Shown piece by piece: positions 1 to 12,546 of a DNA stretch of 64,000 bases (its first letter is position 1; each line of letters starts with the position of its first letter). This DNA is from Klebsormidium nitens (lineage: Eukaryota > Plantae > Klebsormidiophyceae): the NCBI GenBank assembly GCA_000708835.1, contig DF237069.1, positions 124,377 through 188,376 of the forward strand, read 5' to 3'. A program made the position numbers and the translations under genes. The notes beneath the pieces are model-generated. The model searched no databases, was not told the DNA's origin, and saw only the letters and a program-made list of their open reading frames with translations.

Positions 1-87
1 CGGTCGAGATGGATTGGCCCTTGCCAAGTGCAATTTCAAAGCATTGTTAATGAGGTTAATGACATGTTTTTTCTCGAGTTTCCGCAG

Positions 88-1945
88 GAGTTCGAGCCGA
101 TCTCCCAAAAACCTTTCAGCATTGTGTACATCCACTCCGCAGTCTCCTACGACCAGTGAGTACCCCTTGCATATGTGGATCTTGATTCGATTCTAGAGGC
201 TTCGAAGAGTGTCTTGGTCTGCTTTCGATAATGTGATAATTCAGTCTTTGGAGAAACTCCATTTTTGGCTGTCAAAGACAGTCTCGTCCTCGATGCTAGG
301 ATTCGTCTAGGTGTACGTGAATCTGCGGCTGCATCTCCCGTTGATCGAATCACGAACCGAGGGGTGTGTTTCACTCCGAGTTCTGGACCTTTTCAAGAGC
401 TTAGGCTTCCTTTGGGCTCATCCTTTGGTCTCGATCTCGTGCTGCAGACAGCCTGGCATCACGTGGCTGGAGAGGCTGGAACAAATCCTTGGTCGAAAAC
501 ACCGAGCCAATCTCCGGGTGAGCCTCGTCCCCCCGCCTGCACCTGCGCCCCACTTTGTTTGACGCAATCCGAACAGGAGATAGAAAACGCGCTCTGAAAG
601 CCCTATCATGCACACAGGCGGTGCCCAGAAACGTTAAGACCCGCCGGCACAATTGTATGCACGAAAACGCCCCTGCTCAGTCACTCGGGATGCAACCTTC
701 CGCGTCCCTTTGCTTCTCCCAATGCGCAGCTTTCGCGATCCCGTTCTTTTTTGCTTCCTGCAGCACATCTACATCCTCCACCCCACCATCAGCTTGAAGG
801 CCGGCCTGCTGCTGCTGCAAACGTTCGTCCAGCCCGAGGTGCGCCATTGGCTCGCTCACATTGTGCCGTGTGTTCTGTGCGTCCTGGGCCTTGGGTCGCT
901 TACGCGGGCGAGTCGACGGCATACCATTGCAAACCCTCAAGACAGTACTCAAAAGTGACGTCAGAATCTGGTATGTGACGAACTGGGAACGATTCCAGAC
1001 CGGTTTGGCGACGAAGTGGCGACAATCATGCGCCAAAAGTCGTAGTGACGGTCTAGTCACGTGCTTTTACGGTGCTGTTTTGTCGCTGAAGAAAGACAAG
1101 GGATTGAAGGTGTCGCTTCGGCGCCACTTTGGTATCGAATAGTACGGGGTTCGGTGCGGTTCCACAAGGCGCTCTGTTCCGGCTCCTTTATCATGATCTA
1201 CCTCGGAGTCAGGCTGTCGATGTCAAAACCTCGACCTGTTGAAGTTCCGATTTGCCGGAGCACCTGCGGAGAAAATTTTATCAGACGGATCGTTGGGCTC
1301 TTGTCACTTCGAACCAATTGGGGTGCAGGGTCGATCGGAGATTCGCACAAGATGATCTCGAGCCGAGTGCATCCTATTGTTGCTGAGCTGCCCAGCCTAT
1401 GGATTGGGGTTATGTAACGCTCGCAACTTTGCTGGCTTCGCAACAAGTAGCCGGCTGCCCCTGAACAGCCCTTGTGTGTGCCCAGGTGTGGAGCAAGGTG
1501 ATCTACATCGAGCACCTGGGGGACCTGTTCCGATACGTGCAGAAGGAGCAATTGTCAGGCATCCCCGACTTTGTGCTGCAGTGAGTAGCCTTCCATGCAG
1601 CACTCTGATTACACCTTGGAACCTTGATTCTTCAACTCTGGGCCTGCCCTCTTCTCTGGCGTTGTCAAGTTTTTCTTGTAAGATATTTCTACTGCTGTCG
1701 CAAAGGTGGCTGCTGGAATCTGTCTATTATTCTCTCAGGAAAGAAGTTGCAGAATGTCAAGATTAGCAGGTAAATTGTCAGAAACTAAAGAATGTTGCTG
1801 CAAGCAAAGCTCTTTTTGTTCCTGAAGTTTCTGCTCTGTTCGCTGCAGGCATGACTTGGAGATCTCGGGAAGTAAAGACGCCATATTGAGCGGGGCTGTC
1901 AAGAACCGTATACGACGAAGTCAAGAATGGTTGGGCGACCGCTGA
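88..1945 (+). CDS. 3' exons of a GDAP2-like CRAL-TRIO (BNIP2/Sec14-like) domain protein; 5' part lies before the window
   Basis: GT-AG exons 88-155, 448-517, 764-838, 1486-1580 and 1849-1945 splice in phase to EFEPISQKPFSIVYIHSAVSYDQQPGITWLERLEQILGRKHRANLRHIYILHPTISLKAGLLLLQTFVQPEVWSKVIYIEHLGDLFRYVQKEQLSGIPDFVLQHDLEISGSK...DR*. This matches the C-terminus of plant macro-domain/GDAP2 proteins as I recall it. Confidence 0.88.
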
Positions 1946-3782
1946 GCCACCGCTTGTTGCGCGCAGCATTTCTCATGTACAGAACCGAGTGTAAGTAAGA
2001 TGTTCACATTACCCTGACAAAATAAAGCAGACGTGTCTGCTCCTCACTTGGAGATATAAAGGTCCGACGATTGTCACGAGTTTCCCGCTGCTCAGTTAAA
2101 AGGGCCGCACACCCACCACTTGTATATGCATGGCTCAATAAGCGCAGTCCATTTTCTTCCTTGCAAGTACACAGTATAGGTTGTGTATGGCTGATACATG
2201 CGCTCAGGCTGGATCGTGCTTGCGTTGCTCACTTTAATTGTGCAATTATCACGCAAACGGATATTGAAGTGTTAGCACGCTGTCCGCGCGGTCGATGCGA
2301 GACCAGGAACGAATCATGCTGTGAAATATGTCCCTATAGGGTGTACTTTGATAAAATTCATTGCGCATGCCAGGGTGCCGCCTGGCATGCATGGCTGGTC
2401 AGTGTGCACATCGTCGAAATGCGTGACTTGTTGTGCAGATTGTATATCTATCTAAGATTCAATGACGGACTGCAACTTTTGTTGCATTGTCCGTTTCCAT
2501 GCCTCAAGTTATCCATGTCACGCAAAAAGAATATATGCATGCCGGCGCGGCGCGCTGCCCAGCCTGCTGAGGCCGGCGGGAATTGATTCCATAATGTTAG
2601 AAATCTGGGGGTGGCCCGGCAGGCTTGCATGCGTATAGGTGGACGCAACGATCGAGATTAGTACTGCACATGCCAATGAGTCCTGCACGGGCCCGGCCAT
2701 ATATGCATTAGCCGCAGCATCAGTTGGACATGATACAGTCACTCGCGAGCACCGTGCACGGACGTTTCAGTAAATGGAGAGTCAATAGTGAACTGCAACG
2801 TATTGAGAAACCACTCGCATGGCCACTCATTTGCTCCCCGTTTGCTGTAATGACCTTCCTATCCGTTTTCCTTGACCTGCCATGATCAATGAAAAAGAAC
2901 AAAGTTCTTTGATACCTCCGTTCAATGCAGAATCGAGGGGGCAAGGACCGCGTCATGTCATCTGATCAGATCGAGGACGTTGCGCCTTCGCTGCGATCCG
3001 GATTGCTCTTCGCGTTGCTCATTTTGCTGACGCTTACTCGACAGGTGTGCAAAAAAGGTTCGAGTATGCCCGCACTAGATGAGCCGGCCACTCAGTGCCG
3101 GCTGAGCTCTACGTCGATTCAGCGTTGGTTCGACTCTTACCTTGTTGGTGCGCAATGTCAGAAAGATGAACTAGAGTGTGCCCAGTGCAAGGCTTCAGTT
3201 ATGTAGATCGCGGTACATACTTTTGCAAATGTGAATTGTGACTCGGACCTCTTTCGAAGTTTCGAAAGGAGAATGGAGAATGGCCATGCAGTAGTCTTGA
3301 CCCGATCTTTGACCGACTGCGATTCGGAAGAGACGACAAATGTGGAGGAAAGCGAAGATCCTGCTGCGAAGATGTGAGCAACAGCCCGCACACGTCGAAT
3401 ATGAGAACAACAGGGCGCGCAGGACGCGTAAGGGAGCTGTATAGGAGGGTGCATGAAAGACGAGCGCGGCGCCATATTCGGCTAAGTGCGCCTCTCGATC
3501 AAGGTCCAGGCGTTAGTAGATTCAGAGTGAAACATTCTGACCCGGGCTCCTCGTTGAGGAACCTTTTGAGCGGTCTTCGATACTTTTGCGAAGATCAACC
3601 TGACATAATTCTGATCAGGTGCATCTTGCACTTATCTCGCTAAGGAATCAATCTTGAGGACTGAATCAAAAGGACAAATGGCTTATACATCGTGCAGGCA
3701 GTGCAGCAATGAACCAATATCGCACTGCTTCGTTTGAGGGGCTGAAAGAAGGGATCAGGCTAGCAAGGCTGGTCTCGAAAAC

Positions 3783-6383
3783 ATGGAGGAAGGTGCCAGT
3801 TTTATCCTCAGGTTACCAAGCGAGGTGCAATTGAAGATCCTTGACATGGCTGAAGATTCTGAGGCCAACAGACGATGTTACGAATTGTTTCCACTCGGTC
3901 CTATTTGGGCCAGGTGCAGGTGGGCCAAGCTCGCTGTTGTTAGCCGATTGTCACCAGCGCCTATAAGTCCTTTTATCAGCTAGGAAGTTTATGTGATCAA
4001 GGCAGATGATTTTATCGTTGATCCTGTATGTAGGTGCTTGTAATTGTCCGTTGACTTGGACCTTGACGAATGTTAGCACAACCTGGCTGTTTGGTTGTTC
4101 ATGCAATGACGTTGGTCTACCAATCTTGAAAATAGTATTTGGGGGCTGAGCGTAACAACCATGACCAATGCCTTCAAGACAAAGTTGTAGATGTTGATCA
4201 TCCTACTAAGCGGATGCCCTTCAACCCTGATATCTAACCATGCTTCCCTTGCAGCTTGGTTTGCAAACAGTGGCGTGACTTGTTTGAGAGTCGCCATCCT
4301 TGGCCTCATTTGACCCTCCGGATCACAAACCGAGCTGCATTCAGGTCTGATGGAGAGAAGCAGAGCAGATTGATAGAATGCATGCTGCGGTTCCTTCCAA
4401 TATGCATCAACAAGATTGAAAGTTTGAAGTTCGGCTGCGACGAACTGGACGAGAGCAAAATGGTGGAAATCATGCATCAGGCTGGACCGGTCTTGAAGAA
4501 AGTCGATTTTAGCTCCCCGGTAAGTTTGCCGTGTATATTCTCAGGTTCCAACATCCTTCGCACATTCATAACCTGGGTTTCAGGGCTTGTAGCATTCGAT
4601 GGTCGTTCTCTCCTGATGATCAGAAACCACTATCTCCTTCCGAATAACCGGGCCTATTGCACTTTTATTCCTTTTGAATAAACACAGCAGTTGCATGCTC
4701 GCAGACTATTTGGTTACTGAACACTTGGAAAGGTCTCGTCAAGTAGATACGAATCCAGTGATTATGAGTGTCTTACAGGGCCGCCAATTCGGACCTGGTA
4801 TGGTCGATTGGTTCCGAAACTCTCCCCACATCAGAGAAGTGCACACAGCGTACAGCAAGCCGCGCTTGGAGCATATGCCGCCCTACCTGGAGGTCGCGAA
4901 CTTCTCGAGTGCCACTCACATTACACCAGAGGGTTTGGAACGGCTTGCTGCCATCAGAAACTTGAAGTTAAGCTCCTGCTCCAGGGCCGCAAACGGTGCA
5001 AGTTTTGGGGTGACGCTGAAGCTCGAAAAAGCCAACGCATGGCATTGATGCAACAACCACCAGCTCTGATCAGGTTTTGCCGTCAAGCGCGCAAGCCATA
5101 GCCTCCCTCTCTCTGCTTCTCGAGTGCTCAGACTGCTCTACTTGCGTGTTCCAGAGTAATTTAACATGGTGCACTAAAGCACGTCTCCTTCCATAATGAA
5201 ACGTCACGAGATTACCGTTGCTGACCGTTCATTACGACCAGGTACTCAAACTGCAACCATATGTGACCGGTTCGGAATACCCTGAGGTCCTTGACTGCCA
5301 CGCGCACATCGACGACCTTGCCGTGCTTTCTCAATTGGTCAACTTGGAGGAGCTCGAGATCATACGCGTAGTCATCTACTCTGTTCCCGACTGGCTTGGA
5401 AATTTGTCGCGCCTGAAAGTGAGTGTCAAAACAATCTAGTCTTGGAAATGCTGTTCGGTTACATACGAAGATGTTGATTGTCGAACAAGTTCAGATTTGA
5501 TTGTTCACAAGTCCCAAGCTTTGAATCTAGTGGCCTATTTAGTGGATCCCTTGTGAGAATTCGGCTTGTGTTCGTGAGGTATGATGATGCTCATTTGGAG
5601 CAGATTGCGTGGATCAGGGCACGTCTGTTTCGAAGCTTGCAGGCGCTTTTACCAGATTTTGAGGATCTAAGTTTCTCACATTGGTCGATCGAATCAGCTA
5701 GGAAAGACTCGTCAAATCAAGTTCATAAAAGTCCCACCCATTCGCTGTCGTAGGGCCCCGACACCCACTCATCGTTCAAGAGATGATATCAAATAACGAA
5801 GCTGCGGTCATAAAATCCTCGTGTGCTTTGTCTTTTCCATCAGGCAGTGTACCTGAGCAAGTTCGTGCCACATCACGCCCATCCTTACTTCAACCTGCAC
5901 CGTCTGGCCCACATCCAGCAGCTCAAGCTTCGTTTCGTGAACGAGATTCCCACCGAACTCGCTGCCCTTTCCAATCTCGAACTCCTCATGATGGACGCCT
6001 GGCGCTCCGAGCTGGACTTTGGCTCCCTGAGCACGTGCCCGAAGCTTAAGGTCATCACGATCGACAGCAGTAGGAACCTGCAGAGCGGCTACATGACAAT
6101 CAAGGGTTTGGAGAAGGTTCCGAATCTGGAGGCATTCCAGTATTTGCCAGAGCATTTGAACGGAGACATCGTGCTGGGAGAGGGCGGCCTGATCAACTTG
6201 AAGAATTTTGTTGCCACCGCGGGAGCAGGGCGTTTGCTGCTTGAGGGATCCCCCCAGGCTTTTGAAAGATTGTGCCACGGGGCAAAGAAGATCGTAATCA
6301 GCATGCATGACAAGAGTGCGACCGATGAGAAAATCAAGGTGGGGATTCAGGGCATACTCCGAGCGGCGCGAGCCTCGGTGTGA
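3783..6383 (+). CDS. F-box / leucine-rich-repeat protein
   Basis: Exons 3783-3919, 4255-4519, 4779-(4967 or 5009), 5242-5418 and 5844-6383. The F-box is split across exons 1-2 (ILRLPSEVQLKIL...ARCSLVCKQWRDLF). LRR-like repeats follow (LAVLSQLVNLEELEI, SVPDWLGNLSRLK, EIPTELAALSNLELL, LSTCPKLKVITI). The exon 3 donor is ambiguous. Confidence 0.8.
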
Positions 6384-7411
6384 ACATGGAACCAAGCATG
6401 GGCTTTGGCGGATTAATCACCTCCACACATCCGGTGCTTGGGAAAGGCTCAATCCTCCAAATCGACAATTCAGGGCAGTACTTGAAAGATTTAGACAATC
6501 TGTAAGTTTGTTCAAGGTGATGCACTGAAACTGTTGCATGAAGCGTACGTACGCGTTAACGCGGCAGGATGCGGCTTTCAATTGTTGACAGCAGACTCCA
6601 GGTGGACTGTCACATGTGGTACCAAGACGCAAGCTGACTATTAATTTATCAGTTCAATTCGTGGTCTAGATCTAGGCACTTGATTGCGCAAGATGTATGA
6701 AATTGCAAATCTGCTTCTACTGATATCCATGCTTGCAAAGGGCTACCTGAGGTCGGACTCACCTGCGTTCCCCTCATCGAGCTTCGTACAGCAATATTCT
6801 ACATATAGGACATAACACCACGAGTTCCGTCGCAACCAGATCATGTGTCCGGAGGAACATGCTTTGTACGTGAACAGTGCGTGCAATTGCAGCACTCAAT
6901 CGAAGTGACTGCATTCTGTTCCAAGCACACCGGATCCGAAATATAGGGCATGAAGACTCAAATATGCATGAGCTAATTGAGAATTAATGCGACATTCTTG
7001 GTGAGACTGAACTCTATGCATCGAAGGAACTGCGTGCTTGTAGCCAAACTTCTTTATACATCCATTTTTCTCGACAGGATATAGCCGCAGGCTTCATTTT
7101 GACACGTACATATGTTCCAGGCCTCCCGGGGCGCTGCTACTATGGTCCGCACTGTACAAGGCTTAATGTACACTGGCCACAGACCTGACAATGCTTTCCC
7201 GTCCACCAGTGAAAGCAACGGCGTAATCATCGACTGTAAGCTGGCTGATAGAAACCAAGTTCGCTTGAGCGACTCGAATGATGAAGCTTCACTTCACATG
7301 GTCTTTTCTAGCTTGGCTTGTTATCCTCGATCACCGTCCGGGTGACGGTGGTGATCCAGCCGTCAGCCTGGAGATCTTACAGACAAAAGTCACTTTTGTA
7401 CTTTAGACGCG

Positions 7412-10400
7412 CTACCTCCTTTCCGCTATCTCTGGTGTGCCAGGCGACGTGTCCCCATCAGAGACCACCACTGCCCCCGCTTCGTCGCCTGGGGCCCGTC
7501 TCCGCACCAACCGCCTGGCCTCGCCCCCGTGCTTCTGCTCACCCCCCGAGTCGCTCGCCTGCCCCTTCTTCCGGAGCAGCTCCCAGTACGCCGCGGGCTG
7601 CCGTCCCGGCCCGGCCTCTGCCGGCGCCGAGCTGCCCCTCCGGGCCCGCACCCGCCACCCGGCCTGCTCCTCGTCCTCACTGTTTCCTCCACTGACCTCG
7701 TCTTCAACTAGCGCACCGGCCAGACTATTCTCGTATCCTCTTTCGTGGGGGCTTTCTTCCGACGGCGCCGGCCAAGCCATCGGCGATGTGCTTGCGTCCT
7801 GACCTGCGTCTTGCGAACGGTCGGTTTCCTTCGCCGGCGCTGGAGCCTCCTCGAAGCTCCACAGCTCCGCGCTTTGCGGCTCGAGCGCCTCCCCCGACAG
7901 CAGGTCCACGACATCGATGCGCTCCGCTGAGCGCCGCCGTCCTGCGTCGTCGCGGTCACTCTCTCTCCACCCCGTGCGGATCGAACTTGCCAACTTTTCC
8001 GACGGCTGCATCGAAACAAAAGGCCCCAAAAGGTCGTCCTCCTCCCGTCCTAACTGCACCTTCGCCACCCCCACTGTGCTGCCTGCACCTCCCGTCTCCT
8101 TCACTAACCTCTGCCCGCCCTCCGAGCTTTCCTTGGAAACAGTTGGTGCGATCGCGTGTACCCTTTCTTTCTGAGTCTCCGCTGCCGCTTGCTTTCCGAC
8201 TTTCTCCATCAATTGCCCGGCCCCGTTTCCCACTGCCCGCTGTTCGTTCTCCTCCCCCTCCCCTGAAGACGAGAGCTCTTCCGACGAGAACCCGGGGGCC
8301 TGCGGCTGGGGCGGGTGGCGCGCCGCATGGGAGGGGCGGGGACCCCGGGTGCGCACAAAGTGCAGCTTCTTGCCCAGCCCCGACCCGGAGACAGCAATCG
8401 GGTCGCCCATGCGGACCAGCAGGTGAGTCAGCTTCAGCGCGCCGTACTCGGCCAGGAAGAGGGGCCTGCCACAGAAAACCCCACACATTTAACCAGCAAC
8501 GAAAGGGTTCAGAAATAGCAACGAAACGTTGCGGTCACAGGAGGGACTGTGAAGGCATGAAGAGGCACAATCCCCGTAGGAGAGACAGTAGGAATGGTCC
8601 ACCAGATGTAAAGAATAGGCCCGATAATGTCAGAGCTACAATGACACAATGGAGAAACGAGGCCACATTCAGACAGGTCATAGATATCTGGTTTTAGGTT
8701 ACTCTCAGCTACGCTCATACAGCGCTTCCTACATGTCTAAATTGCTTTAGTAGAAGCCGAACATGGCCAAAGCCCACACCTTGTACCTTCACAGCGATTT
8801 CCCCCCACCTGCCATACACCTTGCGATACTCGGTGGGCACTTTGACGAGGTCCAGCGGCCCCCCGTTGCGTGACAGCAGGTCCACCAGCTGCGCCTTCAG
8901 CCCCTGCAAATCCCCCGGCCGCGCCCACTCCCCGTCACCGCTCGATTCAGGCACGCTCCGCACGGGCTGTGGTCTCCCCTTCTCACTGCCCTCAAGTACG
9001 TACCCCCTGCCAGAGTCAGCCTCGATTGCTGCCCAGGCGACTCCACCCCGTTTTGCTTCGCTGAGGAGGTTGTGGTGAAAGGGATTTGTCTTCGGATTTC
9101 CCTCAGGAAGATCCCCTTGGGGTGCCGCAAGGCCCTCGCTCTGGGCAGGGTGTCCGTTGAAAGGCGCGCCTGACGGGGGCGATCCGTCAACCGTTGAAGC
9201 GGAGCGGAGGAGAGCAGCAGTCGGAATGAGCCGCTGCTGGGGTGCGTTTGATGGCTGCGGACCGATCCAGGTGCGAGACGGGTGGCGTGCCGCAGTGCCC
9301 CGTACCCAAGGGGGTGTCTGTGTAAAGGCAGGGCTGCCGGGGAAGGAGAAGGGCGGAAGGGGAGAACCTGAATGACCAGGAGACATGGTCAGTAAGAGTT
9401 CGCTTCGTCCGGCCGTCACCACTACCGCGACACGACAACACAGGGGAGGCATCTGCGAACAATACCACGAAAGCTGGTAGCAAATCCTCTGAAGAACTTC
9501 AAAAGCACCGGCAAATCGGACCCGACCCAACCCGTAACATCTTCCAGCCATAACCAGAGGGAAACTGCTCACCCTCATTCGGTGCTCCTGATGCAGGCCC
9601 CGCATCCCCACTATAGTCTGGACTGTGGGCCGGCAACAAGCCCTGCCCCCGCGCAAGAGCCGGCCACTGCCACACACAGCTGGCGGCATTGGACAGCGCC
9701 AGCGACACGCCTTGCCCCGTGCCAGCCCCATGCGCCAGCACAACGGTGTACCCTCGCTGACTCAGCTTGTGCAGCGCAGCTGAGAAATCAACGTCGCCCT
9801 GGCCACGTAACAGTATAAATGTGAGTAAAAACCAGACTAGCAGTGCTTGGCTCAAGGCAACAACGTAATGGTGGATCGCCCTAAGTAACCAAGTAAGATG
9901 AAAAAGAGCTGCAGGCATGAACGACCGTCCAAAAAGGTATACACGCAACCGGGTCAAATAGTCAAAGTAGGGCCAAGGAAACCTACCGAAATGAGGAAGA
10001 TAGTCGAGGGGGGCGGGTGATCAATTGCAAACCTGAAGGCAACAAGCATCCATCATCAAAAGATGACTAAGCCTCTCAACACCTTCCTTTCGTTTTAACC
10101 GCACCTGCCCTTGTTGAGACTGCCTGATTCAAGCCTGGTCAATGTACTGCATATTGCAAGGCGGAAGAGCAGACACAATCCTTTCATGACAAGTGTCAAG
10201 AGAAGGGCTTCGAACAAAGTAACTTAGTAGTCAAAGAGCGATGCTTACAAGAAGAGGTCCACTAAGATGGCCTTGTCTGCTGCATCTTTACGACCGCTGG
10301 GCACGTCAATCAGATTCACGCCCGTGCGCTGGCAGCCCTCCCGCAGCTTTCGGGGGAACTGCACATTTTAAAAGCTTGTCACTGACGTTGAAAAGCACAC

Positions 10401-11007
10401 AAACTGCTCTAGCTCTGCCCACAGGTCCTCTCCTTCTGAGAGACTCTTTCTGATATGGTCTTCTGGAAAACGAGGCTACCAAAGAATACACAGAATTCTT
10501 TCGAGTTTGCGGTTTTTGAAGCCTGTCCACCAGAAGGTGCCCATGCACGAGGCTGATAAAGACAGCAGCCAGCACCTGATTGAAATCTCCATACGCAGAG
10601 AACACTGTGACGGGTCCGCCGACGATCGGGTGTGTCTTCAGCGCCAAGCAGATGTTAACAGCCACGTCCTCAGACCGCACGTCGTTTGGCACCGGGCAAT
10701 TCTGCACAGCACAAAAACTTTTGCTTTAGACAGTGGAGATATGGGTTGCTTTAAGTGATCGAGTGTCATGAATAGACTCAAGATCAAGAAACAAAGGTTG
10801 TGCTAAAGCTTCTCTCAAAGTTTGCCCCAGGGGAATAAGCAACAGAGTGCTTCTGTAGCAACACAGGTGCTTCCTCAAGTGGAGATGTTGATATAAAAGG
10901 ACACCCAAGAATGCTGGCAAAGAAAAACAGCAAGCCCTTCTCACCTCTATGTCCCAAAGAAGCCCAACAGGCTGCCTCGCCATCCGGTCCGATCCAGCCA
11001 TAGCCAT
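7412..11007 (-). CDS. NYN-domain (limkain-b1/MARF1-type PIN-like) ribonuclease with OST-HTH/LOTUS domain and long low-complexity acidic tail
   Basis: Exons 11007-10945, 10701-10576, 10358-10249, 10032-9987, 9798-9555, 9367-8809 and 8465-7412. They give VGLLWDIENCPVP...FSAYGDFNQFPRKLREGCQRTGVNLIDVPSGRKDAADKAILVDLFLFAIDHPPPSTIFLISGDVDFSAALHKLSQRGYTVVL (plant NYN motifs) and DLQGLKAQLVDLLSRNGGPLDLVKVPTEYRKVYGRPLFLAEYGALKLTHLL (LOTUS). Confidence 0.92.
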
Positions 11008-11405
11008 TGTTTCCCAACACTTTTCGAAAGGACGATTCTGATGCAGAACGTCTGAGGTGCCTTATCACAGAGAAACCTATATGCTTATCTGTGGCAAGAG
11101 GTGACCAAGAAACTTGCTTGTCAGAAACAACAAAAAATTTACTGAGATATCCGGGCCACTTCACAAGCTTACTACCGCCTGTCTAACGAGCCCAGGGCCG
11201 CAACAAACGGTGCCTGGCAAATGCTGCCCCTTATAAAACTTCAGAAAGCGTCTGCAACGCTTCCCTCACGTCCCAGCTCCCTACCAGTATTTGTACTACG
11301 GAACTTCTGCTCCCTCTCTCTCTGCTGGCACCCAATGTTGCCAGTGCAGTCTGCAGCACAGGACTGTACAGGTGCGCATGTGCTCCTCCTCCCTTCTTCC
11401 CGAAC

Positions 11406-12157
11406 CAACCCAGACTCACGGCCCGTTTTGAGAAAACCTCTCGAAACACCAATTTGAAAGTTTGAGTAAACCTCTCAAAATACGGCGATCAATTTTGGAC
11501 AAATCGTTCGTATCCGGTCGGGTCATTTTGGAGAAAATGCTCAAAACTGCGTCGTGCGATACGAACAAATTGTTCAAATTTGCGACCGGGTCCGTCCGGG
11601 TCTGCCGTCGCGACGTACGGGTAGTTTTCAAGAGATCTCCACCGTCGATGTAGGTGGACCATCGCGACCCACAACATTGATCGCGAAGACCGCCGGCATC
11701 GCGGTACATAAAGGACGGTACCCTTATGGGTGGTTGGTCGGGGCGGCGGGCGACCGCAACTTCCCGGGGACAACGGACACTTCCCTCTGGACTAGTAGTT
11801 TAGGGACCGTGGCACCCGAGAAGCAACCGGGCCCTGCCTGTGACATTAAGGTCTCGCGGGCAACCCTGGGACAACCGGGCACTTCCCAAAAGCAACCGGG
11901 CCTTCCCGCTTTAGGGTTACACCACTGCGAGTGACAACCGAGCAAGTCCTTTTAGTTTTAGTGTGTGCCCGGGGCTTCCACAAATTCGAACCTTTTCTTC
12001 GAATGGCGCAGCTAGAATACGAGCGATTTGATCAAAACTCGATCGGCTATTTCGAGCGATTTGTTCAAAACCCGGCCGGCACTTTTGAGCATTTTGTCCA
12101 AACCGACACGGCTGGTGTTTTGAGAGGTTTTCTCAAAACGGGCGTGAGACTGGGTTG
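11406..12157. mobile_element. Non-autonomous TIR DNA transposon (MITE-like, 752 bp) with 7-bp TSD
   Basis: Left end caacccagactcacggcccgttttgagaaaacctctcgaaacacc versus reverse complement of right end caacccagtctcacg-cccgttttgagaaaacctctcaaaacacc (about 45 bp, 3 differences). Identical flanking cccgaac at 11399-11405 and 12158-12164. Mirrored subterminal ttttgagc/ttttgtcc-type units and central caaccggg repeats; no recognisable transposase ORF. Confidence 0.88.
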
Positions 12158-12337
12158 CCCGAACTGAGCTCGAGAGTGACGTGGGCACACGGCTTGACTT
12201 CAAGGTGACGTCCCTTCAGCCGCGTTACAGAGACCAAGGAAACGCAAGGTGGGCGCCACGCCGACAAAAGCTGGGCGAGTTGCTGTAACGCTAGACACGT
12301 TATGTGTGATCGAGGGATGATCAAGCGTGCTGCTCTA

Positions 12338-12346
12338 AAACCCTAA
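12338..12346 (+). promoter_or_regulatory. Telo-box-like motif (AAACCCTAA) upstream of the APE2-like gene
   Basis: aaaccctaa about 200 bp before the ATG at 12547. Telo-boxes are known plant promoter elements, but a 9-mer can occur by chance. Confidence 0.25.
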
Positions 12347-12546
12347 ACCTCTGGAAAAGGGCTGGAAACCATGCATGACCAGCTTCTGGGTTTCACTTTA
12401 GATGCATGCGCGCTCAGTTCCATTATACTGAAAGTAACGTTCCTTCATATTGGCATTGCATTTTTGGCTGATTCCATTATACTGAGAGTACGTTCCTTCA
12501 TATTGGAATTGCATTTCTAGCTGATTGCACCTCGCTCGCCAGCGCA

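Noticed and set aside
2071-3700. Several short ORFs (e.g. 2925-3206 with Cys pairs, 3158-3475) and apparent minus-strand splice donors
   Set aside because: No consistent exon chain or recognisable motif could be assembled.
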